Source of the DNA: Eledone cirrhosa
Lineage: Eukaryota
Reading direction: 5' to 3'
DNA: 64,000 nucleotides
Assembly: GCA_964016885.1 (NCBI GenBank)
Contig: OZ024747.1
Location: 36,828,001-36,892,000, forward strand
This document shows, in pieces, positions 14,768 through 32,850 of this stretch. Position numbers and translations under genes: made by a program. The notes below the pieces were generated by a model that did not search any database, was not told where the DNA came from, and was given only the letters and a program-made list of their open reading frames with translations. Every line of letters starts with the position of its first letter. The stretch's first letter is position 1.

Positions 14768-15110
14768 AACGAAGGAAAAGTGGTAAGGAACCAGGTGGAC
14801 CATAACGCACCAAAGTACTCAATACTTAGGGTAGTAGAGTGGGTAATAGGAACAAGTAAGACCCGGGTCTACTCCACCCCCTCTTCCTTTTTCTCCTACC
14901 GGCAGGTTTAGCTACCCCTTCCCCCACCAATTTGCCATCACAAATTTACTACTAACTTGTGATGTGACCAATCCTGGTGATTATCTCTTTGACCATATAT
15001 GGAATTACCCCTTGATAAGCTCGGCTATTTAAATACCAGAATAAATTTTCATTCAGTCCAGAATTAGCCGTCGAAACGGCTTGAGCTCAGCCGTCGGGGT
15101 CTTACTTGTT

Positions 15111-15168
<58 letters not shown>

Positions 15169-15358
15169 GAAGGAAATGTGGTAAGGAACCAGGGGGACCA
15201 TAACGCACCAAAGTACTCAATACTTGGGGTAGTAGAGTGGGTAATAGGAACCAGTAAGACCCCGACGGCTGAGCCCAAGCCGTTTCGACGGCTAATTCTG
15301 GACAGAATTAGCCGTCGAAACGGCTTGAGCTCAGCCGTCGGGGTCTTACTGGTTCCTA
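14768..15358 (-). mobile_element. Two copies of the 'ccccgacggc' inverted-end family
   Basis: 14768-15113 has an internal segment similar to the 57.6-58.9 kb copy. 15166-15358 is a collapsed hairpin. The two are separated by (TA)n. Confidence 0.75.
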
Positions 15359-15788
15359 TATATATATATATATTCTCCAAGAGCCCGCTACTGGACAAAC
15401 TCTCTGAACACTGCCCGAACTTCATGCACAAAAGCTTTGCAAATTTCAAATACCTTAAGCCAGTGTTAATGCCTGATGGCTAAAAACGACATCCCTTTTT
15501 AGCCTCTCTACCTCCGTCCCACCCCACCCACCCCTCCTCAACCTGAAATACGGCCACTATGGTTATGTGAGTACCTCGTACCTATCTACATTTTCTGCTT
15601 GTAGAGCTGTTTTTATGTGCCTGTGTATATGCGTATATTTATGAGTACTTATTTGTATGTATTTGTATGAGTGGCGATTCGTTTGGATCCATATCGCTGT
15701 GTAGGTGCGTTCATTTGTCCTCTTTGTGTGTATATTTATATTTATTTGTATGTATATATGGTATTGTGTATATGTGAGTGTGTATACA

Positions 15789-15887
<99 letters not shown>

Positions 15888-15954
15888 GTATATATGTATA
15901 TATATATATATTTCGTTTCTGAATTTGAAACAAAAGAAAAGAAAAGAATCCCAA

Positions 15955-15997
15955 TTCACTGAAGAGGTCACAGAATGTATGACGAAAGAACTTTGAC
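15955..15997 (+). ncRNA. Minimal type I hammerhead ribozyme in a PLE terminal fragment (15911-16130)
   Basis: tca CTGAAGA g gtca-cagaatgta-tgac GAAA gaac TT tga. Homologous to 22958-23000. Confidence 0.7.
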
Positions 15998-16124
15998 AAT
16001 ATATGAACAATCGTCTGGTTGTGGAACCAACCAACCGGAAATTTATAAATTCCTAAATTTAAGAATTTAAGTGAAACAACTGGTTCGTGTGTTTCTTATT
16101 GGCAAGATGACCCTCCCAAAGCAT

Positions 16125-17150
<1,026 letters not shown>

Positions 17151-17365
17151 TTGACTCTTAAGAGCTCCTTTGCCCTTTGACAGGTTTCGTTTTTAGTCCT
17201 GCAGGATGTCCAAAGTCACCCTCCTCACCAAGAAACCATGGTGGGGTTGCCAGTTTAGTCGCCAACGACCCGACCATGAGACAGGTTATATTGGATACAT
17301 GTTACCAGTAGCACCAACTGGTGACCTGACACACACACACATACATACATACATACATACATACA

Positions 17366-17396
<31 letters not shown>

Positions 17397-17823
17397 GGCC
17401 ATCCAAAATCACCGGGAGAGATGACCCCTTAGCATTTGTCAAGGCAGAATTCTAGGAGAAGGAAAACTCTGTTATAACACCTGCAACCCTGATGGTATCC
17501 AATGATGTTGACTTGTTCTTCTTTTTGGTAAATATCATCTTGGTTAAGAGAGTGGGACTGGCTTTGTGCAGTGCCTTTGCTCACTATAAAAGCTTCACAG
17601 CACAGGCATTGCTTTATATCTGGTGATCTCGCTGCACTTGTCGTCACATGGTACCATGGGCCAAGCACTATGTGTCAATAATTGTCACAAGTGAAGCGTT
17701 TGTACCAGAGTTTTCAAGTCGCTGGCTGGACTAAAAAGTCACACTTGTTCAGCGCATCGGTAGGGGTTCTCCTACATGGATATAAAGTAGTGGCCGTACT
17801 CGAAAACGAGTTGGCAGCCACCA
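17151..17823 (+). mobile_element. RTE-related non-autonomous retroposon, head inverted relative to body
   Basis: Head 17151-17330 and body 17396-17823 match the contiguous copy at 48410-49016. The body ends in a C2H2-like remnant ([14 protein letters not shown]). RTE assignment is inferred. Confidence 0.65.
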
Positions 17824-17921
17824 TATATGCGTATGTATGTATATATATATATATACGTATGTATGTGTATATATATATACGTATGTATGTGTATATATAT
17901 ATATATACGTATGTATGTATG

Positions 17922-17964
<43 letters not shown>

Positions 17965-18083
17965 ATATATGTATGTATATATGTATATATATATGTATGT
18001 ATATATATATATGTATGTATGTATATATATATATATGTATGTATATATGTATGTATATATGTATATGTATGTATATATATATG

Positions 18084-18117
<34 letters not shown>

Positions 18118-18131
18118 TGTATATATATATG

Positions 18132-18180
<49 letters not shown>

Positions 18181-18212
18181 GTATGTATATATATATGTAT
18201 GTATATATGTAT

Positions 18213-18705
18213 GGGAGAGATGACCCCTTAGCCTTTGCCCGGGAGAGATGATCCCTTAGCCTTTGTCCGGGAGAGATGACCCATTAGCCTTTGTCCGGGA
18301 GAGATGACCCATTAGCCTTTGTCAAGTCAGAATTCTAGGAGAAGGAAAACTCTGATATACCACCAGCAACCCTGATGGTATCCAATGATGTTGACTTGTT
18401 CTTCTTTTTGGTAAATATCATCTTGGTTAAGAGAGTGGGACTGGCTTTGTGCAGTGCCTTTGCTCACTATAAAAGCTTCACGGCACAGGCATTGCTTTAT
18501 ATCTGGAGATCTCTCTGCACTTGTCCTCACATGGTACCATGGGCCCAGCACTATGTGTCAATAATTGTCACAAGTGTAGTGTTTGTACCAGAGTTTTCAA
18601 GTCGCTGGCTGGACTAAAAAGTCACACTCGTTCAGCGCATCGATAGGGGTTCTCCTACATGGATATAAAGTAGTGGCCGTACTCTAAAACGAGTTGGCAG
18701 CCACC
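18213..18705 (+). mobile_element. 5'-truncated copy of the same RTE-related retroposon
   Basis: Matches 17413-17823. Starts with four tandem ~28-bp units gggagagatgaccc(c/a)ttagcctttgtcc. Confidence 0.75.
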
Positions 18706-18944
18706 ACATATATGTGTATATATATGTATATATATGTATTAATGTGTATATGTACGTGTCAGTGTGTGTGTTTGTGTGTATGTATATATGTGTGTGTATG
18801 TGTGTGTATACATATATATATATATATATTTGTGTATATGTATATATATACATGTGTGTGAGTATATATATATATGTATATATATATGTATATATGTGGA
18901 TATGTGTGTTTGTATATATATATAAAAATATATATATATATATA

Positions 18945-19096
18945 TACAAGTTAATATAAATTGATATATTATAAACACATAAGTGTTTCCATTGCAAAAG
19001 ACTAAGTCAGCTAGTCAATTTATATTAACTTGTATTTCACGGCTCAGAAATATTTCTTTCTTTGAGCTAATTAATTGTAAATGACTGTTTAAACTC

Positions 19097-19098
<2 letters not shown>
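18945..19098. repeat. Small inverted-end element (related copy ~55000-55220)
   Basis: tacaagttaatataaattga / tcaatttatattaacttgta inverted pair. Tail cacggctc.gaaatatt...ttgagcta is shared with 55150-55210. Confidence 0.6.
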
Positions 19099-19171
<73 letters not shown>

Positions 19172-19196
19172 GGGTGTGTGTGTGTGTGTGTATGTG

Positions 19197-19235
<39 letters not shown>

Positions 19236-19309
19236 ATGTGTATGCATATGTGCATGCGTGTATATGTGTATATATATATATATATATTATATATCTGTAA
19301 GTGTTTGTA

Positions 19310-19354
<45 letters not shown>

Positions 19355-19368
19355 ATGTATATGTGTGT

Positions 19369-19416
<48 letters not shown>

Positions 19417-19559
19417 ATATGTAAGTATATGTGTATGTGTATATGTATATATGTGTGTATGTGTATATGTGTATGTATATGTATGTATGTATATATATAC
19501 ATATATATATGTACGTGTATATGTAAGTATATGTGTATGTGTATGTATATGTATGTATG

Positions 19560-19615
<56 letters not shown>

Positions 19616-19665
19616 TGTGTGTATATATATATGTATATGTATATATATATGTGTATGTGTGTATA

Positions 19666-19763
<98 letters not shown>

Positions 19764-19929
19764 AAGAATTGTATATCTACCAACATATGTATACAGATGC
19801 ATACCTATGCTAGCAAATATATATGTTTTGTCATAGTAACTGTGTGGTTCTATGCAAGAGGATGCAGAACAATTATATGAAAGACGTAAATAAGAAAGTT
19901 ATGAAAATTGACTTACTTACTAAAATTTC

Positions 19930-20010
19930 ATTCTAACTAATTACTTTCTGTAAGGGGATAAATATAGTTACGAAGCGTATCCACAGAGAAACCTTACGTC
20001 ATCAGGGAGT
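19930..20010 (-). ncRNA. Type I hammerhead ribozyme (mutated stems I and III)
   Basis: Core CTGATGA/GAAA intact, stem II gtaagg/ccttac. Confidence 0.7.
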
Positions 20011-20455
20011 CTATTCTCATCTAAGCTTCCAGGCAATGCGAGGACACTGAGAACTTATATTAAAATAATTCTGCGGATGGAAAAAAGCGAGCGGGGACTA
20101 GATTCCAAGATATTGAAAAATTCACTGCTTACTTGGTCAAGTGGCAAATACAAAAGAATCAATTACGTGACACTGAGATTAATCAGTGAGGAGTTGGGTG
20201 CTATTAAGTCAGGGGCCTAGCCACTACTATTAATCATAGTAGTAATTTCGGCAAGTTTTGCTCAACAAATAATTTGGAGATAATTATAAAGAATTAGTAT
20301 ATCTACCAACATATATATACAGATGCATACCTATGCTAGCAAATATATATGTTTTGTCTTAGTAACTTTGTTATTCTATGCAAGGGGATGCAGGACAATT
20401 ATATGAAAGACGTAAATAAGAAAGTTATGAAAATTGACTTACTTACTAAAATTTC

Positions 20456-20536
20456 ACTCCAACTAATTAGTTTCTGTAAGGGGATAAATATGGTTACGGA
20501 GCGTATCCACAGAAAAACCTTACGTCATCAGGGAGT
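20456..20536 (-). ncRNA. Type I hammerhead ribozyme
   Basis: Reverse complement: actcc CTGATGA c gtaagg...ccttac a GAAA ctaattag TT ggagt. Confidence 0.85.
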
Positions 20537-20688
20537 CTATTCTCAGCTATGCTTCCAAGGCGAGGAACACATCGGTACCCCGGCCGATTAACTCACTCGA
20601 TATGCAATTTAGGCCACTCAGCCGTTAATATGCATATTACAAGGTAAGTATAGTATTTCAGACGTTCAACCATCTGGCAGGAAGGTAT

Positions 20689-20731
20689 ACGTTGCTGACG
20701 ATAGCTAATAAGCCTGAAACTAGTACAGCGT
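20689..20731 (+). ncRNA. Minimal type I hammerhead ribozyme
   Basis: acgttg CTGACGA t agct-aata-agcc t GAAA ctag TA cagcgt. Confidence 0.85.
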
Positions 20732-21119
20732 TCCTTTGTCAGTGTTGAACAAATGAGCAACGATGGTTGCTAGACACTGTACGGCTTAATTCGGTATGTT
20801 TGTTTACAAAAACACCGAGCATTATAATAAATGTTCGGTGAATGCATACGTATATATATATATGTGTGCATGTATGTATATATATATATACATACTACTG
20901 TAGGTCTGTATACATATGTGTATGTACGTATACATACGTATATTTAAGTAACAGCCGTACTAAGATTGAGAAATGAAATTTCGTTTCATTTTTTCCGTTT
21001 ATCGTTTTCGGTACCCCGGCCGATTAACTCACTCGATATGCAAATTAGGCTGCTCAGCCGTTAATGTGCATAAGGAAATTATATACTTTCAGACGTTCAA
21101 CCATCTGGCAGGAAGGTAT

Positions 21120-21162
21120 ACATTGCTGACGATAGCTAATAAGCTTGAAACTAATACAGCGT
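21120..21162 (+). ncRNA. Minimal type I hammerhead ribozyme
   Basis: acattg CTGACGA t agct-aata-agct t GAAA ctaa TA cagcgt. Confidence 0.8.
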
Positions 21163-21362
21163 TCCTTTGTCAGTGTTGAACAAATGAGCAACGATGGTTG
21201 CAGACACTGTACGGCTTAATTCGGTATGTTTGTTTACAAACACACCGAGCATTATAATAAATGTTCGGTGAATCCATATGTACATATATATATGTGTGCA
21301 TGTATGTATATATACATACTACTGTACGTCTGTATACACATATGTATGTACGTATACATATT

Positions 21363-21852
<490 letters not shown>

Positions 21853-21859
21853 AATGGAA

Positions 21860-22352
21860 TCTTATTTTAAAAATATATATATATATATTTATTTGTTCCT
21901 TTACCGGTTTCGCGGTTCTTCAGCTTTTCAAAAGTAAAGTTTACATGGAGGGTCTATGGTTTTTCTCACATCTGGTTGGTCTTTGCATGTTACTTGTTTT
22001 ATAAGGAAAAAGTGGCTCGAAACGCCAGGTTTTTAGAGAAGTAATTTGATTGGTTGGTCAATAAGTATAATAAATTTCGTGCCAGTTCGCGTTACAAAGT
22101 TCTTCAAACAAGGGGGCGGGGCGGGTGGGGGTCGAGTTCTTTTTTCATATATGTGTGTTCGAATTTCTTTTTACTTAAAAAAAGGGGCTCACGCAGGCTT
22201 TTTTTATGTAATTAGATTGGTTATAAATGAAATTTGGACTGTCACGTGAACAAATTCATTAAATTTCGTGCCCGTATTTGGGAATTTATTTTGTAGTCTT
22301 TTAGAGAATTTTATGACAAACAAAAGATAATGGTCAAGAGAAATGGGATGGG
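21860..22352 (-). mobile_element. 3' terminal region of the PLE family found at 51-54 kb
   Basis: Reverse complement of ~53610-54170 and colinear with 51090-51340. Confidence 0.75.
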
Positions 22353-23215
22353 TGAATACATACCCTTTTCAAAGACCTCCCTGTATAAACAAGAAATGCA
22401 TAATCTGTAAACTAAGACCCCATATTAACTCTATAACTAGAAACTTATTATATAGCATCAGATGTACTGAGGGACAATGTAAACATAAGAATATAGTGTA
22501 CATAGGCGAGGCAGCTCGTAGTAGAGGAGAACAATTAGATGAACACTGGCGAGAGCTTCAAGATAGAAAAGATTCATCAGTACTCCACCAACATGCTAAA
22601 ATATAACATAGGGGCAAATTAGAGAACATAGAAATAAAAATAGAATCTACACAGAAAAGACACAATGTTTAGACAAATCACAGAGGCAATAAACATAAAT
22701 GAACTCCAACCAAAATTAAATAGAAAACATGAATGGAATGCAACATCACAACTTACAATTAAGGACAAAAATGAAACCACACACATAGAACAAACAACTA
22801 ACTAGTAACATGTAAATAAACAAATAAATAAACAAATAAGAAGACACACAGACACCCGGATGTAACACATGCGCAAAATAAGCACACAACACACACAAAA
22901 ACAAGATGGCGTAGGACAGAACAAAGGAGAGGCACAAAACAAAGAAAAGAATCCCCGGTCACTTATGAGATCAGAGAATGTGTGACGAAAGAACTCTGAC
23001 AATATATAAACAACCGTCGAGTTGTGGAATCAACCAACCAACCGAAAGTTATAAATTTCTTGAATTTATAATTTAATTTAACTTATAATAAATTGGAGTG
23101 AAAGCAAAATGTGCGTGTGTTTCTTATTGGCAACATTGCCCTCCCAAGTATAACAATATCGGTTTCAACACACGTTTTCAGATAAAGAATCTTGCTAAAC
23201 AAATTCAAAAATGAA
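22353..23215 (+). mobile_element. Penelope-like 3' fragment (GIY-YIG endonuclease) with degenerate HHR
   Basis: ORF 22343..22606 has PCINKKCIIC...NLLYSIRC...VYIGEAARS...LDEH...SVLHQH. HHR variant at 22958-23000 (gtca cttatga...GAAA gaactc tgac). Confidence 0.82.
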
Positions 23216-23334
23216 ATATATATATATGTATATACATATATATGTAAATGTATATATATATGTATTTATATATATATATAAATAAATCTATAATCATTTG
23301 ATCCAGAAACAATTGTAAACGGACATTATTAGTT

Positions 23335-23425
23335 AAGCGAGGTTAACTTTGCCTTTCATCATTACAGGGTCGATAAAATACACTAGGTAATTGCTGGCCT
23401 TGTGCCAAAAGTAGAAACAATTATT
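23335..23425 (+). mobile_element. SINE 3' fragment
   Basis: gaggttaactttgcctttcatc...gggtcgataaaata...gctggccttgtgcc. Confidence 0.8.
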
Positions 23426-23658
23426 AGTATTAGTATTATTATTATTTACATTCCTTACATTAAACTACAACTATATTGACAATCTTTAAATAATGTGAAA
23501 TTTGTGGTCTTGTTTTGCTTAACTAATGAATATATATATATGTATATATACATATATGTATACATACATGTATATGTATATATACATATACATACGTATA
23601 TGTATATATATATAGGTATATGTATATGTATATAAATATATAAATATATGTATATGCT

Positions 23659-23728
<70 letters not shown>

Positions 23729-25692
23729 CGTGAAGCTAATAAACATTTGTCGTACTGCCTCTCTGTTCTGTCCCTGTTCAATTTTTTATTATATATATAT
23801 AGTCTAGAAATAGCCGTCGAAACGGCTTGAGCTCTGCCGTCGGAGTCATATCTTTTCCTATATATATATATATATATATTTCCATGTCAGTACAAGTTGA
23901 TTGAGTATCAATGAGAAAAGATTGAAAAAACGCTATGTGACATTTTGTAACTTAGTGACAACTCTCTGATAGTAAAATAGAGAAAATTATATATTTTCTT
24001 TTGTTTCAAAAAGAAAAAAAGGATTTTCATTGATTGCAAACCAACCCATATATTTATATTATATAAACACATATATGCTTTTCTTTATAATACTCATCTA
24101 ATTAATTTAAAAATTGTTTTCCCGCTTCAACACTATTACCACTTCTGCAATCTTACTCATCACTCCCTCACCAAAAGAAACAAACCAAAGGGGGTGCCTC
24201 TACTAGGCTGCCTGATCTAGAATTACCAGCTATTCTTCCTCAAATCAGCTCTTTCTAAACTTAAAATTGAAAGGCATATGTCTACGTATGAGAACGTGAA
24301 TAAAATAGTTGATTTCCTGGGACACTTGATGTGATCTATGTCAACGGAATAGTATACAAAGATGTTCATTAGTTTTAATACATCTGTATGACATTTGTGA
24401 GAAGTGTAGGTTTGGGTATCAATTGTGACCCTATTTCTTAGAAAAATTGCTGTATATTATGCATACAATTAATAACCAAACATATGAACCTCACTGCCTT
24501 AATGTAATCCTAGATATGCCGAACCTAACCTAAAGGCGTATTTGACCATAAGTTTATTGCTGTAGGAACTAAACAACAGCCACCAACCCACCATCTCAGG
24601 AAGTTACCGCCCAGCACCACCATCATTATCATCATAATACCCACAGCCTATAACACCGAAAGCATTTTGTCAAAATCTTTTATTTTCCTTCTGCATTAAT
24701 TTTTGTGAAGCTGCTCTAGAATAAAATATTCGGATTAGCGTAAGGGATAAGTTGGTCAAAATAGATATTTTCTGCTAACAAGCTTGCGGAGGAAAATTCT
24801 ATGGTTCATACCACGCTTAGGTTAATTTAATCATTCACCTGCTCGCGATCGATAAAATAAAAGCCGGATGAAGTGAAAGCGAGGGTTGACTGATCTTCAG
24901 TATCATGCTGACTGAGTGTGTCAGGAAATAGTCTTTTGTAGTTGTATTTCATATTTTGATCTTTTTTTTTTCTATAACAGCAGATTCCACATGAATACGC
25001 CCCAGTAGATTCCACATCAATGCACTTAGTGAAATACTAGAAGATAATTCCAAAGAACGTACTGTCCAAGAGCATTTCTTTTACGGTGTATCACTTTTTG
25101 TATGCAGGAAAAGAACCAATCACTTTTATAATATTCTGTCATTGTAATTCCCCTCTTCCAAGACTACGTTTGATCCATCAATTCTATGAGTACCAGCTAG
25201 TATGCTGAAAGGTGTGACTCACTGAACTGATCTTCCCGTTACAAAATGCTTCCAGTTCCAAGTAACCCATAAAGAAAATTCCAGAATTCTGATGTGTGGA
25301 ATTGTGCCGACGTCATTTTTGGCACTTTTAAGTTATCAAATTAAAAATTGCACTTTCTTCATTTAACATTGAGATGAACGGTACAGTGTTTACTTCCATT
25401 GTTAAGTTCGGGTAAATAAAATACCTAATATATTGAACCCCAAACGATATTTAATCGGTTGAAAATGCTACAAAAATTGGAACAAAAATACTAATATTAG
25501 TGAAAATTCTTATCAAGGAAAACAGACAACTTCATAATTTTACTTCATTAATATTAAGTGAAGGCATCCAAATAACTGTTTAAATTTCATTTTGGGTTCA
25601 TTACATTATGTCAGCCCTTATAACTACACATTCATACACATATACAGGCATACAAACACACACATACACCCCCCCCCCCCCATATATATATA

Positions 25693-26558
25693 CGAAGTGT
25701 GTCAGAGAAGTTCCAGGACTGATGTCACCAAAGATTTATTTCAAACCCAAACTTCACACTACGAGTTTTCTCCTTCAAAGTAATCCCCCTGGACTCTAAT
25801 GCACTTTTCCATCCTTTTCTGCCACGCTTGCATGCACTCCTGGAAGGCTTCTTCCGGGATCCTCTGCAGTTCCGTCGCCACGGCTCTTTTGATGTCGTCC
25901 ACGTCTTCAAAACGGGTCCCCTCCGGGTCGTACTCGAAGATCCATGAGTCATCACCGGTGATGACTGTCTCTAGCAAGTCTGGTTCGGTTTCAAAACGCT
26001 CGAGGATGTCCTGGCACACTTGCATGCGTCGACACTTCTGGTCACCGTTCAGCAGTGTTGGCACCATCTTCGCGCAGACTTTCCGCATGTCCAAATCTTC
26101 AGTGAGAATCTTCCAGACGCTGTCCCGATTCATGTCCAGCTCATTTGACATCAGTCGAACAGTCAGCCGACGATCGCTACGCACCATCTGCCTGACGCGC
26201 TCAACGTTGACTTCAGTCCTGGTTGTTGAGGGCCTTCCGCTCCTGGGGTCATCTTGCACTATTCAAAAACACGTGAGCGTGACTTCGTCTCATCTCCATA
26301 CACTTGCTGCAGCAATCCCAGTGCTTCTGACGGAGGTTTCCCCAACCGTACCAGCAACTTCAAGTTTGTTCGTTGTTCTGTGCTCATTGCTTGACGACCT
26401 GAAACATAGGACATGTATATAAAATTATGAAGAAAAAAGTTTGATAGCTGCAGAGAGCTAAGATTACAGTTACATACTCCAGGGGGATTACTTTAAAGGA
26501 GTAAACTCTTATTGTGAAGTTTGGCTTTGAAATAAATCTTTTGTGACATCAGTCCTCG
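25693..26558 (-). mobile_element. Mariner DNA transposon, internally deleted
   Basis: ORF 25759..26259 has DDPRSGRP, RKVCAKMVP, VITGDDSWIFEYDPE fused directly to GTRFEDV...QGDYFEG. Inverted ends ~25693-25795 vs ~26475-26558. TA flanks. Confidence 0.92.
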
Positions 26559-26582
26559 TATATATATATATATATATATATA

Positions 26583-27587
<1,005 letters not shown>

Positions 27588-27964
27588 ATATATATATGTG
27601 TGTATATATATATATCGGTAGAACACTGGAAGGTAATATCCGTAATGGTAGAACACTCAGTCTATGGGACGAGTTAGGTAGAAGTGGTTATACAACAGTT
27701 AGTGGTTACACAACGGCTGTCCTTCCTGTTCCGTATAACCATTACGAGCTGAGGATCCGCTAAGGTGAAACAATTAATCTGGATATGATGAACTAACTGT
27801 TGTGTAACCACTTCTATATATATATATATAATATTAAGGATACTATTTATAGTTATGTATATTTTAATCTATAAACAGGGAAGATCAGTAATTTATTACT
27901 ACCTTATTACCAGTAAGATAAATAGCTCAATGTAAGAATATCAGTTGCTCTACAGAGCAGTTAT

Positions 27965-28540
27965 ATAGAATCCACAAGAATCAATGCTATGTTCAAAACA
28001 TTTATTCACTTACAATTGTTTCATCCAGACCTAGGCTTGGAGTCTTTTCACTATAACTTTCTTTTCTTTTTCTGCACACATACTTATTTGATCTATACAA
28101 ACAATACCCTCCCACTACAACCACCATAATACTCTTTCTTACCCGCTTAAAGTGCTTGTATTACATGTAATACCTTGCCACACAATACTCTTATATAAAT
28201 GAGACACACTTGCGTGCTCTATGTATGACTAACGCATACACTATCTACTAGATCTGATTATCAGACTATTCTCTTGCATTATCTGTGTTATCTGCTGCAT
28301 GTATTTTAATTTTGATTTTAAATTTGAATTGCTATACAAATATAGTATAGTATAATATATGTCACTCCACTGTACATCAATATATATATATATGTATCTG
28401 TATGTCTCTTGCGTTGGATAGGAGGTCAATTATATGTACAAGCATTAAAAAATGCTCCGAAGACAGCAAGCCTAGGTTTGGATGAAACAATTGTAAGTGA
28501 ATAAATGTTTTTGAACATAACTTTGATTCTTGTGAATTCT
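27965..28540 (+). mobile_element. Non-autonomous inverted-end element with degenerate HHR (28452-28500)
   Basis: Inverted repeat ~27965-28045 vs ~28460-28540. Motif ccgaaga...caagcctaggtttg..GAAA caattg TA. Confidence 0.6.
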
Positions 28541-28543
28541 CTC

Positions 28544-28594
<51 letters not shown>

Positions 28595-29662
28595 TGCTGC
28601 ATTCCTAATTGTAGGTCGTTAGCTTGGCCCCCAGCCAACGCTTCGATTTTACTAAGCTTCCACTTGTATTATTATTATCTACTAGACCTAATAATTAATT
28701 CATTAATTTAATTGGACAATTCCTTTGATTGGTTAATTATTTATGTTTGTTTAATAACGTCTAGTTGAGAGCTTTTCATTCGGAATGTGGAACGGAATTA
28801 TTTTCCTTTGTTCACACTTTCGTCAGCTGTTTACTACGGATCATGGATGTTTCGGTGTATTATAAACAGAACATCGATCCGTAACGCGCCCATGGCCTTT
28901 TATCTACAAAAAGGCCATGAGGGAAAGAAGTGATAGCGAAGAGAGAGGAAGAAAGAAAAAGGGAAGAAGAAAAAAGGAAAAAAACGAGGTAAACATACCG
29001 ATAGAAGGGGGAATACAGGACAATGGCACTTGTATATGAGTAACCGGAGAGAAAATAGATCAAATTAAACCAAGCCGATGGCCATCATAACGGGCAGCAG
29101 GTAATTCAGTGGTGATTCTCAGTAAAGTGAGTGTAGAGAGAGAGAGAGAAAGACGGAGAAACAGGAAGTGAGAGGGGGTAGAGAACAGAGGGGTGAGTAA
29201 GAGGGATAAAATGAGAGAGGGAGGAGAAGGGAAAAGGAGTTAATCTGAAAGGGTTTACGATGCACGTGTGACCGAGGCCGAAAAACAAGCAAATAGATAG
29301 AGAGGAACAGAGAGCAAGAGGGAGAAATAAGATAAGAGAGAGAAAGGGAGGGAGGGAGTTGATCCAAAAGCGTGGTGGCACATAGATCCGACCAGGAACA
29401 ACAAATCGAGCGAGCGAGATAGAGAAGAGGTCACAGCAATAAATACAAAAATATGGGTTAGGAAGGGAAGGCTGTGTGGTTACTGAAAACAAAATGTTAG
29501 AAGGTAGGGGGACAAAAATAAGAGATGAAAATCTTCCCTTCGCCAGCTGTTTACTACGGATCATGGATGTTTCGGCGCATTAGTAACCACACATCCTCGC
29601 CTTTCTATATATATATATGTATATATATATATATAAATATATAAATATATATATATATATAT

Positions 29663-32850
<3,188 letters not shown>

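Larger units (their letters stand above)
19763..20570 (-). mobile_element. Retrozyme-like tandem element, ~526-nt unit, ~1.5 copies
   Basis: Direct repeat 19763-20048 vs 20288-20570, each with an HHR. No credible ORF. Confidence 0.75.
20572..21362 (+). mobile_element. Retrozyme-like tandem element, ~431-437-nt unit, ~1.8 copies
   Basis: cggtaccccggccgattaactcactcga at 20572 and 21008. One HHR per unit. Family also at 46190-46885 and 54515-54963. Confidence 0.78.

Noticed and set aside
18213-18325. CRISPR-like array
   Set aside because: Repeats have no spacers, context is eukaryotic, and no cas genes are present.
21895-21930. ctgaaga-accgc-gaaaccggta on the minus strand as an HHR
   Set aside because: No stem II or stem I pairing, and the core is not kept in the homologous copy near 54120.
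24827-25320. Possible terminal exon (CGICCYRKKK...)
   Set aside because: Only a weak acceptor, phase not matching the other candidate exons in that frame, and no recognised homology.
27745-27785. ctgagga...gaaacaatt HHR-like motif
   Set aside because: Stems I and III do not pair convincingly.
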